Notes under the pieces: model-generated
The model's database searches: none
Seen by the model: only the letters and a program-made list of their open reading frames with translations
What the model was told of the DNA's origin: nothing
Program-made: the position numbers and the translations under genes
IMG/VR virus record: IMGVR_UViG_3300049001_000044
Location: 1 to 64,000 of that record
Strand: one strand, 5' to 3'
DNA length: 64,000 nucleotides
In this document: positions 1-8,345 of the stretch, piece after piece
Layout of the letters: every line of letters begins with the position of its first letter
How positions within the stretch are numbered: the first letter of the stretch is position 1

Positions 1-2
1 AG

Positions 3-188
3 ATCCTTCGCGATTGGATGGAGTTAAAGAAAGCTGACTTCCATTTCACTGCAGCGAAAGACGAACCTTCCCGCGTAAAGTTGTACGATAGAATGGTAAA
101 GCGGCTGAAGTTGGTTGATGGTTGGAACGTGGAAAGAGTAGTTGGGGTCGTAGACATCATCTACCACTTCACTAAAACCAATAAGTAG
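3..188 (+). CDS. 3' end of hypothetical protein (truncated by window start), paralog of 23289..23774
   Basis: Frame 3 reads ILRDWMELKKADFHFTAAKDEPSRVKLYDRMVKRL...TKTNK*; shares FxFxAxxxEPSRVKLY with the 23289..23774 product. Confidence 0.7.
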   Translation: MLRDWMELKKADFHFTAAKDEPSRVKLYDRMVKRLKLVDGWNVERVVGVVDIIYHFTKTNK

Positions 189-274
189 AAGTATGCAACT
201 CAACCTGAGCCAATTGCCATTGCCCCAATAACGATAACAGCGACCTCTCACACAGCGACACTCGTGACGTACGG

Positions 275-400
275 GTCCCGGAGGCCCCCAGAACTAACCT
301 CTGCAGAATAGGCCTCCGGAGGCACTGTTCCATATCTATTGCAGAATAGGTGCTTCCTGGAAGCACTCCAGAGGCACCTGCCCAGAGGTGCTTCCAGACA
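275..400. repeat. Degenerate copy of the dispersed GAGG..CAGAG..ACCTC inverted-repeat module
   Basis: GGAGGCCCCCAGA, CCAGAGGCACC and CCCAGAGGTGCT resemble the module arms seen at six other loci. Confidence 0.5.
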
Positions 401-448
401 CCTATTCTAACAAACTAATTCTAACCTTCCTACTAAGGAGATATTCAT

Positions 449-1303
449 ATGGGTGGAATATACAAAATCTCTTGTGCAGCAAACAGGCACCTCTACATTG
501 GGTCGGCAAAGGACTTCAACAAGAGGTGGGCTGAGCATCGCCAACTCCTTACCAAGAATAAGCACTATAACAGCGCCATGCAAACGGCATGGAATAGGTT
601 TGGTGATAGGCAGTTTGCCTTTGCCATTGTAGAGAATATAGGTGATGAGGATGTTGAGTATTACCTAGCGAGGGAAGCAAGCTACATCCACTCCTTTCGA
701 AGTAAGGGTGTGCAACTCTTTAATACCAAAGCGATGGGACCTGGTGGTAGGGTGTTTAGCCAAGATAAGATTAGCGCAAAGATCAGCAACACGCTAAAGT
801 ATAAAGCCCTCGACATGAGTAGCGAGGAAAGGAAAGCGGTATGGGGTAAGGGTAGATTAGGAAAGAAGTTGAGTGAAGAGCATAAGAGAAAAATGTCAAC
901 GCAACTTTGTGGTCAGCGAAGAAGTGTGGAGGTGAGGAGAAGGATGTCAGTTGGACAGAAGGAATCTTTCGCGAATAACTTGGAAAGGAAGGAAGCAATT
1001 AGGGTGATGGGTAAGCGGAATGCGGGTAGGATTCCAGCCAATGCGATTAGGTATGTGGTTGATGGAGTGGAGTACCCATCAGGGTCGAGTGCGATGAAGG
1101 CGTTGGGTATTACGTCTCAGGAATTATTCAGGATGGTTAGGTTTGGCAGGGCGAGTAGGAAGTTGAAAGTCGAGGTTGCCTCGTGCGTGAGGAATCCTCC
1201 TAAAGATAATCCTAAGGGAGACCCCTCGTGTGTGCAAGTACAACCTCCTCTCTATAATAGGGAGGATGGGGTGTGTGAGGATGGATTTGGCTTCTATATA
1301 TAG
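449..1303 (+). CDS. GIY-YIG homing endonuclease with NUMOD3-like basic repeats
   Basis: GIYKI...LYIGSAKDFNKRWAEHR motif; GKKLSEEHKRKMS and RSVEVRRRMS repeats; RBS AAGGAG. Confidence 0.9.
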   Translation: MGGIYKISCAANRHLYIGSAKDFNKRWAEHRQLLTKNKHYNSAMQTAWNRFGDRQFAFAIVENIGDEDVEYYLAREASYIHSFRSKGVQLFNTKAMGPGGRVFSQDKISAKISNTLKYKALDMSSEERKAVWGKGRLGKKLSEEHKRKMSTQLCGQRRSVEVRRRMSVGQKESFANNLERKEAIRVMGKRNAGRIPANAIRYVVDGVEYPSGSSAMKALGITSQELFRMVRFGRASRKLKVEVASCVRNPPKDNPKGDPSCVQVQPPLYNREDGVCEDGFGFYI

Positions 1304-1347
1304 CGCAAGTTCCGTGTAGGTATGTTTCCCACCAGAACTATCCCATC

Positions 1348-1410
1348 GTTACAACTGGTTACACTTTAACCTGTGTACTTTTTCCCAGCCCATGGTATTA
1401 TAACAACATC
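1348..1410 (+). promoter_or_regulatory. Early promoter cassette (GTTACA boxes, TGTGTAC -35 region, TGG-TATTAT extended -10)
   Basis: GTTACAACTGGTTACAC...TGTGTAC...CATGGTATTAT; matches six minus-strand copies. Confidence 0.7.
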
Positions 1411-1466
1411 GGCAGAACAACTACCGAAAAAACGAAAACTGAAAAACTTCTTAAAGGAGAAACACC

Positions 1467-1907
1467 ATGGCTAAGAACCCTACCATCGCTCAACTGATCG
1501 CTAAAGCAATCGAACTGAACGCCAACCTGACCGAAGACCAGGCCAAGGAAATCATCAAGGCCGCTGGTGCAAAATCCTACAAGAAAGTTGCCGAGGCGGT
1601 CGAAGCTGCAGCCAAGGCCTCCAAGAAGAAGCCCGCCACCCCCAAGGAAAACAAAGAAGTGAAGATCGTCGAACCTGGTCCTCGCGGCTTCCAGTTCGGT
1701 GCAACCTACGTCCAGTCCGTAATCGAGGCCAGCCGGATCGCGATGAAGGAAGCCAACAAGATGAAGCTGGTCGCCTTCGCAACTACCCTCGGCCTGGAAG
1801 GAATCACGATGAAGTCGGACATCGCTGAAGCGATCAAGTCGATGAAGGCAGCAGCCAAGAAATACCTGAAGGAAAACTTCGAAGTCGCTGAAGAAGCCGC
1901 AGCCTAA
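1467..1907 (+). CDS. Early protein of the GxRGFxFG paralog family
   Basis: Strong RBS; GPRGFQFGATYVQSV...EANKMKLVAFA domain shared with 57146..57436, 4387..4962 and 2360..2887. Confidence 0.9.
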   Translation: MAKNPTIAQLIAKAIELNANLTEDQAKEIIKAAGAKSYKKVAEAVEAAAKASKKKPATPKENKEVKIVEPGPRGFQFGATYVQSVIEASRIAMKEANKMKLVAFATTLGLEGITMKSDIAEAIKSMKAAAKKYLKENFEVAEEAAA

Positions 1908-1958
1908 ATCAAGCTGGGAGGATCTTCGGATCCTCCCCCTCCCCAAGCAAAAGGATTA

Positions 1959-2168
1959 ATGATGAGCAGCAATGAACCCCAAGTTGGCGATGAGTGCAAG
2001 GCGGACTTCGAGGAAGAAGGGAAGTTCGAATTTGGCAAGATCACCAAGATCGAAGATGGACTCGCCTACACGGACATGGACCTTGGCCTGTCCTCCCGCT
2101 TCGAAGCATTCGTGGGTGACACGCCTACCCGCAAGGAAGACGGAGTCTGGGTGTTCGACGCCTTTTAA
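1959..2168 (+). CDS. Hypothetical protein
   Basis: RBS AAGGA; follows the previous gene; acidic 69 aa. Confidence 0.75.
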   Translation: MMSSNEPQVGDECKADFEEEGKFEFGKITKIEDGLAYTDMDLGLSSRFEAFVGDTPTRKEDGVWVFDAF

Positions 2169-2271
2169 ATCCCGCCTGTAGTACGCAGAAGCCGCCTCGT
2201 GCGGCTTTCGTGTGCGTAGCAATCGGGTAGATACAAGAAAGGGAACCAATTGGTTCCCTTTGACATACGAA

Positions 2272-2353
2272 CTTACCAGAGGTGCTCAGTGGTGTTCGAA
2301 CTTTTGCAATGTAGTTGCTAGCATCGCGTATCGTCGAGGTCTCTGAGCACCTC
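2272..2353. repeat. Dispersed inverted-repeat module
   Basis: CTTACCAGAGGTGCTCAG ... GAGGTCTCTGAGCACCTC; GAGGTGCTCAG and CTGAGCACCTC are perfect inverted arms. Confidence 0.8.
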
Positions 2354-2359
2354 CTACTT

Positions 2360-2887
2360 TTACTCGCCGCCTTCCTCGTTCGACTCTTCCGCCGCTGCGT
2401 CTTCGTCCATTTTCACGACGATTGCTGCAGCCAACTCCTTTGCCGTCATCTCTTCAGGGTTGGCAACTCCCATGTGGGTACCGTGCATGTTCAATTTCTC
2501 GCGATTGTTCACATTCACTGCGATGCCCTTGCCGTTGCGGACCGACAGGCACCAAACTTCGCCGAAGGAGAACCTCACTCCACTCGCGGAGATGGCTTCG
2601 ATGCGTTTGCCTTTCATCACCGGCTTGATCTTGTAAACGCGCTCTTTTGGCTGTTGGGCTTCGACGAAGCCAGCAAAGAGTTGGTTGAAGGCGGTGCGGC
2701 CGATGACACTGATCTCTTCCTCGGCTTGCTCGACTTGCGTGAGGAAATCCACATCGCCCGGATTCGCCTGCACTTTTTGCGAGATGCGTTGGGCACGTTC
2801 GATCATGATGTGATTGTCTGCGTCCATGCCCAGCTGGTTGATGATCGCGTTGACTTTCAGGGAGAGCGAGGTGTTCATGTTCAGCAT
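2360..2887 (-). CDS. GxRGFxFG-family paralog (GVRFSFGEVWCLSVRN)
   Basis: C-terminal domain aligns with the 4387..4962 product (GFRFGEVWCNSVRNAEG...KLxxHxxxxGVA); start moved to an ATG with an RBS. Confidence 0.85.
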   Translation of the reverse strand: MLNMNTSLSLKVNAIINQLGMDADNHIMIERAQRISQKVQANPGDVDFLTQVEQAEEEISVIGRTAFNQLFAGFVEAQQPKERVYKIKPVMKGKRIEAISASGVRFSFGEVWCLSVRNGKGIAVNVNNREKLNMHGTHMGVANPEEMTAKELAAAIVVKMDEDAAAEESNEEGGE

Positions 2888-3411
2888 TTCATTTTCCTTC
2901 AACAAGGTTAAACAAATTTTGGGCGTGTTCTAAACGCGCCCGGGTTCAGGGCAAAAAGAGGCCTATGGAGGGCCGAGTCCGGAGCATAAGCTAACGCTCT
3001 CAGTCCGACGCGGACTTACACGACTGCTCTAAATTGTCTGCTTTGGGGGAATACGGATCCCTAAGCCAATCATCCGACCGCCAGTTAAGCGGTAAAGCTT
3101 ACTACTTTTTCCAGTACCGTTGGAATGTTCTCCAACTTTTTGTTCGTGTTCTTAACTGTGGGTGGATGTCGCGCTTGTGAATCCTTTAAACGGAAATGTC
3201 TCTTAACCAAATCGACGCAGGAATGCCCACGTGAAATGCCCTAGTATCCCTCGCGCATCATAGTATGCGAGGTATTCACGCTCATCGTTATGTGTGCGTG
3301 TTTGTATTTGAATAGCATCATATCCTATAGGAAATCTTGTGTACAATATTTTTTTCATACATGACATTTTTGTTACTCTGAAGATACAGTTCCATATCAA
3401 CAAGCCCTGAG

Positions 3412-3500
3412 CTTACCAGAGGACCCCAGAGGTGTTCGTACTGCTCGATGATAATACTCACATCTACAGTTTATAAACACTACTGAGCACCTCTGGTAAG
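3412..3500. repeat. Dispersed inverted-repeat module
   Basis: CTTACCAGAGG..CCAGAGGTGTTC ... CTGAGCACCTCTGGTAAG. Confidence 0.75.
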
Positions 3501-3532
3501 TCCCAGAATTTATTCAAAGTGAATAATGTTTG

Positions 3533-3576
3533 CTGTGTAGTCCTAGGACTACACAGGTTCGTAATCCTAGGATTAC
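3533..3576. repeat. Two perfect CCTAGG-centred palindromes (24 bp and 16 bp)
   Basis: CTGTGTAGTCCTAGGACTACACAG and GTAATCCTAGGATTAC. Confidence 0.85.
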
Positions 3577-3695
3577 AAAGTGACAATTTGAACTGTTGTC
3601 AGAGTGACAACAAATTTGGTAGAAGAAAGGCCCGTCAAGGGCGCGCACGAAAGCCCCTAAAGGGCTTCGGATAGGTAGGGTGCTGCAGGTGGGGA

Positions 3696-4310
3696 TTAGG
3701 GGGTCTTCCCCTCGAGTTGCGCAATGCGAAGCTGCAGTTGGGCGATCTCTTCGCGGTCAACTTCCTTCATCCGCATTTCGGCGGCCACACGGAGAATCGC
3801 GAGGGCTTCGTCCTCCTCCTTCGCCCAGTACTTCATGATGACTTGCCCATCCTCGTACCGCTTCATCACCCGCTTCTGCTCGAAGTCCACGACGATCCCG
3901 CACCGCTTGATGAGGAGGTAGCGGTCGCCATCGTTCGAGATCGCGTCGTACACACTCCCATCGTGCTTGCGATAGTAGACGATTTCGGGGGCGGTATCAC
4001 TCAGCTGCTCGCCATGGTATTCCTCACCGATTTTGGCCGCGAGGCAGGCGAGGCGAAGGACATCCCGCATCTGCATCTCCTCCACAGTCTCGCGAGGACC
4101 TGAATTGAAGACCAGGTTGGTCAACTTCTCCATCGCCAGCACTTTGTTGCGGTGTACGCCGCGTTCGGATTCCTCGGTCACGGTGAGGCCGGTGGGGATG
4201 TGCGTGATGCGCACTGCCGTATCTGGCGCGTTCACCCAGCCACTGCCACCAGAAGGGCGGTAGGTGTCCATGCGCAGGTCTTTCGGGTCCAGGTGCTGCT
4301 CCATTCTCAT
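3696..4310 (-). CDS. Class I release-factor (RF-1/ArfB-like) domain with degenerate GGQ, fused to an unknown domain
   Basis: DLRMDTYRPSGGSGWVNAPDTAVRITHIPTGLTVTEESERGVHRNK aligns with the RF GGQ domain; GGQ is replaced. Confidence 0.8.
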   Translation of the reverse strand: MRMEQHLDPKDLRMDTYRPSGGSGWVNAPDTAVRITHIPTGLTVTEESERGVHRNKVLAMEKLTNLVFNSGPRETVEEMQMRDVLRLACLAAKIGEEYHGEQLSDTAPEIVYYRKHDGSVYDAISNDGDRYLLIKRCGIVVDFEQKRVMKRYEDGQVIMKYWAKEEDEALAILRVAAEMRMKEVDREEIAQLQLRIAQLEGKTP

Positions 4311-4386
4311 TTTCTCCCAGGTTTTGTTGAGGAGGATGAGCCGCTTTCGCGGCCCATCTCTCGAGGAGTTCATGCTACCGCCAGCA

Positions 4387-4962
4387 TTATGCCTGGGCGG
4401 ATTCAGCAGCTTCCTGCTTGTCCAGCTTCAGGGTCAGGGACTTGGCGATCTTGACCGGGTCGTTCGACTCGATGACGCTGGCCGCAACACCGAGGGTTTG
4501 TGCGTGCTTGATCAGTTTCGGGCGGTTCGACTCGAGCATTGCCACACCTTCGGCATTGCGGACCGAGTTGCACCAGACTTCGCCGAAGCGGAAGCCGCGG
4601 GTACCTTCGGTCACGATCTTCACTTCACGGGGTTCCTTGCCTTTGCGTTCGAACTTCTTCTCGGCGGGCTTCTTGCCGTCGGTGTTCTTGGCCGCAGGTT
4701 TCTGCTTCGGTGCCGGCTTTTCCTTGGCGACTTCGGCGACCTTGGCGTTCGGCTTGCGGGGTGCGCCTTCCGGTGCCTTGCAGATTTCCGCGATTTCTTC
4801 GGCGGTCTTGCCGGTCAGGTGCTCGGCCAGGAGGGTCTCGAGCTTGGAGTTGGAGCGGATGTTGTGCATGCGGATGAAGCTGCGGGCGGTTTCGTTGTTG
4901 AGCAGATCGTTGATCTGCATTGCTTTGTGGGCCAGGTCTGCGACGGTCGGTTGGGTGGACAT
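4387..4962 (-). CDS. GxRGFxFG-family paralog with Lys/Ala/Pro linker
   Basis: RBS AAGGAG before MSTQPTV; GTRGFRFGEVWCNSVRN. Confidence 0.88.
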   Translation of the reverse strand: MSTQPTVADLAHKAMQINDLLNNETARSFIRMHNIRSNSKLETLLAEHLTGKTAEEIAEICKAPEGAPRKPNAKVAEVAKEKPAPKQKPAAKNTDGKKPAEKKFERKGKEPREVKIVTEGTRGFRFGEVWCNSVRNAEGVAMLESNRPKLIKHAQTLGVAASVIESNDPVKIAKSLTLKLDKQEAAESAQA

Positions 4963-5030
4963 CGTATTTCTCCTTAGAGGTTTATCATCGGGTTTAACTT
5001 CCAGCTTTTCGTTTGTTTCTGTTTGATCAG

Positions 5031-5115
5031 CTGATAAGGCTATATTACCATGGTCTTGGAATATGTACACAACTTTTGCAGGCTAAATTGTAACAGGTTT
5101 GGAATCCTGTTACAA
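5031..5115 (-). promoter_or_regulatory. Early promoter cassette
   Basis: Plus strand GATAAGGCTATATTACCATGG...TGTACAC...TTGTAACAGG-N8-CCTGTTACAA (10-bp inverted repeat). Confidence 0.75.
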
Positions 5116-5147
5116 ATTGAGTTCAAGGGGAACTACTCTATTATAGA

Positions 5148-5222
5148 GTGAGGCCCAGAGGTGTTCTAATATGTAGCATGTGGTAGCATATACATGCGTA
5201 TGCTTGAGGTCTCTGAGCATCA
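5148..5222. repeat. Dispersed inverted-repeat module
   Basis: GTGAGGCCCAGAGGTGTTC ... GAGGTCTCTGAGCATC. Confidence 0.75.
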
Positions 5223-5274
5223 CTAGACCCCTCACAGAGGAAAAGGGAGCTAAGGCTCCCTGACGTTCCTACTA

Positions 5275-5847
5275 CTATTTGTGTCCCACACTTGCCACGT
5301 ATTCCTCCCAACTTTGCAAGTGCATCTCGGCATCGATGTTGTTAACCTCGGAAGCGTGTACGATCAGTTCCCTCTGGTACGTGTGTATGTCCAGCTGTTT
5401 GGCCATTTCCTCGATCGTGTGCAAGGCCTCGCTGATCTCCTCACCTGCTTCCCCATCCAAGGACATCACTTGCTTGTCCTGTCCTTCCACCCACTGATCT
5501 TGGTAAGCCAACACGATTGTTTGGACTGCATGATGAAGGTTCTCGGCGATTTGATCGTCGTCGAAGTGGAGGTGGGCAAGCCTGCGGCCGAACATGACGC
5601 GTGAATACATTAAGGACATGTCGTCTTCGTCGCCCGCATGGATCCTCAGCCTAGTCAGTGAGACGGCCATCTTGTTGAGGGCGTTGGGATTTTCCTGGTT
5701 CTGCCCGAAGGAACGAGCCAAGATGGATGGGTGGATCGAAGGCTGCCCTACTGGCATGATCACCTTGACCCCTTGCATCCGCTTGGCCTGTTTGGCCACG
5801 TCCTTAGCCTCCCTCTTCAGTTTGCCCTTGTTGCGTTTTTCCTGCAT
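5275..5847 (-). CDS. Hypothetical protein
   Basis: ORF in a co-oriented overlapping run; 190 aa. Confidence 0.8.
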   Translation of the reverse strand: MQEKRNKGKLKREAKDVAKQAKRMQGVKVIMPVGQPSIHPSILARSFGQNQENPNALNKMAVSLTRLRIHAGDEDDMSLMYSRVMFGRRLAHLHFDDDQIAENLHHAVQTIVLAYQDQWVEGQDKQVMSLDGEAGEEISEALHTIEEMAKQLDIHTYQRELIVHASEVNNIDAEMHLQSWEEYVASVGHK

Positions 5848-6313
5848 GTGTTCCTCCCTTGAGTACTACTTCAGCGATTTGGGCAGGAGTCCAGGCAGTC
5901 CTACGATACCTACTGATTTTGATATCGCACTGCTTACAGATCAAAACGTGCTCCTCATCTGCAGGAATGCCTTTCAACTCTGTGCCGAAGTCCATCTGTG
6001 TCTTGCAGAATGGACAAGGTATCTCGTCGTTGGGTTCCTTCAAGAACGATTCCAACAACTCTTGTTCTTCAGGCGTGGCATGGATCGGTAACCAAAATTG
6101 CCGATGATTGCCATACTTCAACACATAGCCATCCCCACGCCAACCATCAGCGCGCAGTGCATGAGGGTCCCAATGGCATATCTTGAGATAGGCAATGAGT
6201 CCTGTAACGGTGGGTGGCTGCACCTCAGGCATGTGTTCCCATGGGTGGACCATCGCATCGTTCACCACCTTGCGGAAGTTCACAATTTGGGGGTCGCGCT
6301 GTCCTGGTTTCAT
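5804..6313 (-). CDS. Hypothetical protein with CPFC...CKQC zinc ribbon
   Basis: Two CxxC pairs; RBS GGAGGAG. Confidence 0.8.
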   Translation of the reverse strand: MKPGQRDPQIVNFRKVVNDAMVHPWEHMPEVQPPTVTGLIAYLKICHWDPHALRADGWRGDGYVLKYGNHRQFWLPIHATPEEQELLESFLKEPNDEIPCPFCKTQMDFGTELKGIPADEEHVLICKQCDIKISRYRRTAWTPAQIAEVVLKGGTHAGKTQQGQTEEGG

Positions 6314-6807
6314 TTCTCCTCCTTCAGTCCGAATTGAGGGATATGGTAGATGTGCAGCATTTGTTCCACGGACTCGTAGCTGGAGTCGTCGTCTGCGAGC
6401 GGCTTAGCACGCAGCATTTCCACGCGCTCGTCTTTTGAATATTCCACAACGTTGAATTCGATCTGCCTCAGCTGCTCATTGGCGATGCGTATTGCCTCTG
6501 TGATATGGTCACGCAGCCGGTCCGCCATCAACTTCTTTTCGATAGTGAGGGGTCCGCGCAGCTCCAAGATCTTCAGTACGCGGTCGAGCTCGCCAAAGTT
6601 GGCAGTAACTGGGTTGTCCTCAGGCAACTCCTCACCGTCCATGGGCGTCAACCTGTTGCACCATCCGTAGATGAAGCCGCCCTGCATCACGGACTGCTTG
6701 CAGGCGAAATCGTAGTGGAGCTTTCCCATCTCGGTCAGAAGGCGCACCTCTTCCAAGGTGACGTTCAGGTAAAAGCGTGGGTCGCAGCGGATCGTGATCT
6801 TGTTCAT
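6310..6807 (-). CDS. Hypothetical protein
   Basis: ATGA-type overlap with neighbours. Confidence 0.8.
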   Translation of the reverse strand: MNKITIRCDPRFYLNVTLEEVRLLTEMGKLHYDFACKQSVMQGGFIYGWCNRLTPMDGEELPEDNPVTANFGELDRVLKILELRGPLTIEKKLMADRLRDHITEAIRIANEQLRQIEFNVVEYSKDERVEMLRAKPLADDDSSYESVEQMLHIYHIPQFGLKEEK

Positions 6808-7223
6808 TTGAGTTGTCCCCTTGCCTCGTCAATGTGCCTACATGGTTTCCTGTGCTGCCCCGCAGGGCAATTGCAGATCCACATCTTCCCATCGAAGGTC
6901 ACCGAGTACTGGGCTCCCTTGGACCCTTCGATGGTAAAGGTCTGCTTGGTAAACACCTTGCCTTGTTTGAGGGCCACTCCATCAATGGCCAACACGTTGC
7001 GAATGTCAATGACGCGCAGCGGAACCATACTGCCCATTACCAACACTGAGAAGTTATTGGGGTCACGATCCGTCCTTGGCTTAGCAGCTATCTTACCCAC
7101 CACGTCGAAGGTGTCTGGGGTGACCACTGCCAACGGCCCCGTCTTCATGGGACTCTTCATGTTGCTGAGGGTGATGATGACGTCCTCACCCGCTTGAGGA
7201 AGTTTGTTGATGTTGGAGTTCAT
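6804..7223 (-). CDS. SWIM zinc-finger protein
   Basis: YSVTFDGKMWICNCPAGQHRKPCRHI (CxC-x-CxH). Confidence 0.85.
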   Translation of the reverse strand: MNSNINKLPQAGEDVIITLSNMKSPMKTGPLAVVTPDTFDVVGKIAAKPRTDRDPNNFSVLVMGSMVPLRVIDIRNVLAIDGVALKQGKVFTKQTFTIEGSKGAQYSVTFDGKMWICNCPAGQHRKPCRHIDEARGQLK

Positions 7224-7528
7224 TTCTTTACCCAGGAAAGTTGATCTCGAAGGGATGGCAAGCTCACCGTCACGCTGTCAAACCCCTCACGCTTCGTGCC
7301 CACTATCACGGCCTTACCCATGAACAAGTGCCCAAAGAGATAGAACCCTACCTCACTCTCAGGCTGTTCCGCGAACAGTAGCACATGCCGGGAATCGCAC
7401 TGCAGGTGCTCAACATAGTCCGCCTTGACCAACTGGTAGACGTGCTCGAGACTTCCATTCGACTCCACCACCGCTGCGACTCGCGTGTCTGGATCGATGA
7501 GGATAATCTCGATCGTGGGTTTACTCAT
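7220..7528 (-). CDS. Hypothetical protein (DUF3846-like)
   Basis: IILIDP...LEHVYQLVKADYVE...GKAVIVG pattern; family call tentative. Confidence 0.65.
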   Translation of the reverse strand: MSKPTIEIILIDPDTRVAAVVESNGSLEHVYQLVKADYVEHLQCDSRHVLLFAEQPESEVGFYLFGHLFMGKAVIVGTKREGFDSVTVSLPSLRDQLSWVKK

Positions 7529-7537
7529 GTGCCTCCC

Positions 7538-8164
7538 TCAAAAACTGTAGTTGCGATGGGGGATCCGGACCTTGACCTGCCATGCATTGTTGCTGGTCTG
7601 CTTCAGGCAGGGGTCGAGCTTGGCATTCATCTGCTTGAAGACCAATCCCTCGTCCTCAGGTTTTAGCTTTTTCCAAAGCTCCCGGAACCCGCTAGTGAAG
7701 ACCTTGGCCACGCTCACGTACTTGTGTACCCTAATCTGGTCTCCCTCATCCACGCCGCCTTTCCAAAGTCCGTGCAAAATTGCCTGACGTTCTTCGAAAG
7801 TTTTACCGACTAGCTGTACACCCTCGTGGACGATGATGTCGAAGATGTAGAGCTGGTCCTTGATGTGCGGGGTCTTGGAGTGCACGAGCTCGGCCACGTA
7901 CACGTTCCATTCCTTGCCCTTCGTCTCGAAGAACTTCTTGTGCTCTGGTTTCGGTACCCAGGACCGGTGGTTGCCCTCGTTGATGTCCAGGTGCCGCGTT
8001 TTGAAAATGACTTCCTTACTGCGAGCGAAGATCACCGTGCAAGTTCCGTTTTTCTTGATCTGTGCACCGAATTTCTTGGTGCCTTCCAAGAAGGTGATCG
8101 CGCTTTCCGGCATTGCCTTTTCCGGGCGTGGAGGCCAGAGGTAAGTAAATTCCGAGTAGTTCAT
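7538..8164 (-). CDS. Minimal ATP-dependent ligase-type nucleotidyltransferase domain
   Basis: Motif I QIKKNGT, III VAEL, IIIa YIFDI, IV EGLVFK, V WQVKVR; no OB domain. Confidence 0.8.
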   Translation of the reverse strand: MNYSEFTYLWPPRPEKAMPESAITFLEGTKKFGAQIKKNGTCTVIFARSKEVIFKTRHLDINEGNHRSWVPKPEHKKFFETKGKEWNVYVAELVHSKTPHIKDQLYIFDIIVHEGVQLVGKTFEERQAILHGLWKGGVDEGDQIRVHKYVSVAKVFTSGFRELWKKLKPEDEGLVFKQMNAKLDPCLKQTSNNAWQVKVRIPHRNYSF

Positions 8165-8345
8165 TTAGAAGTCCCATGCTCCGCAAATAAATCCCATCAT
8201 CAAACCAGTATCGGGAGTAAAGATGAAATTCCCGAAGTCGTCCATGAACCAGCACCTACTCGTTGCTTCGGCGAAATGTTCTCTCGAGTAAAATTCCATG
8301 CATTCTCCTAGGAGAGGTGTTTAGCCTCTCCGTCCGGTATCGTGA

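Noticed and set aside
188-448. Group I intron around the GIY-YIG gene
   Set aside because: The upstream ORF ends with its own stop, no downstream exon is evident, and no P7 core was found.
2985-3020. Hammerhead ribozyme core
   Set aside because: CUGAGAG is followed by a stem, but the required GAAA is missing.
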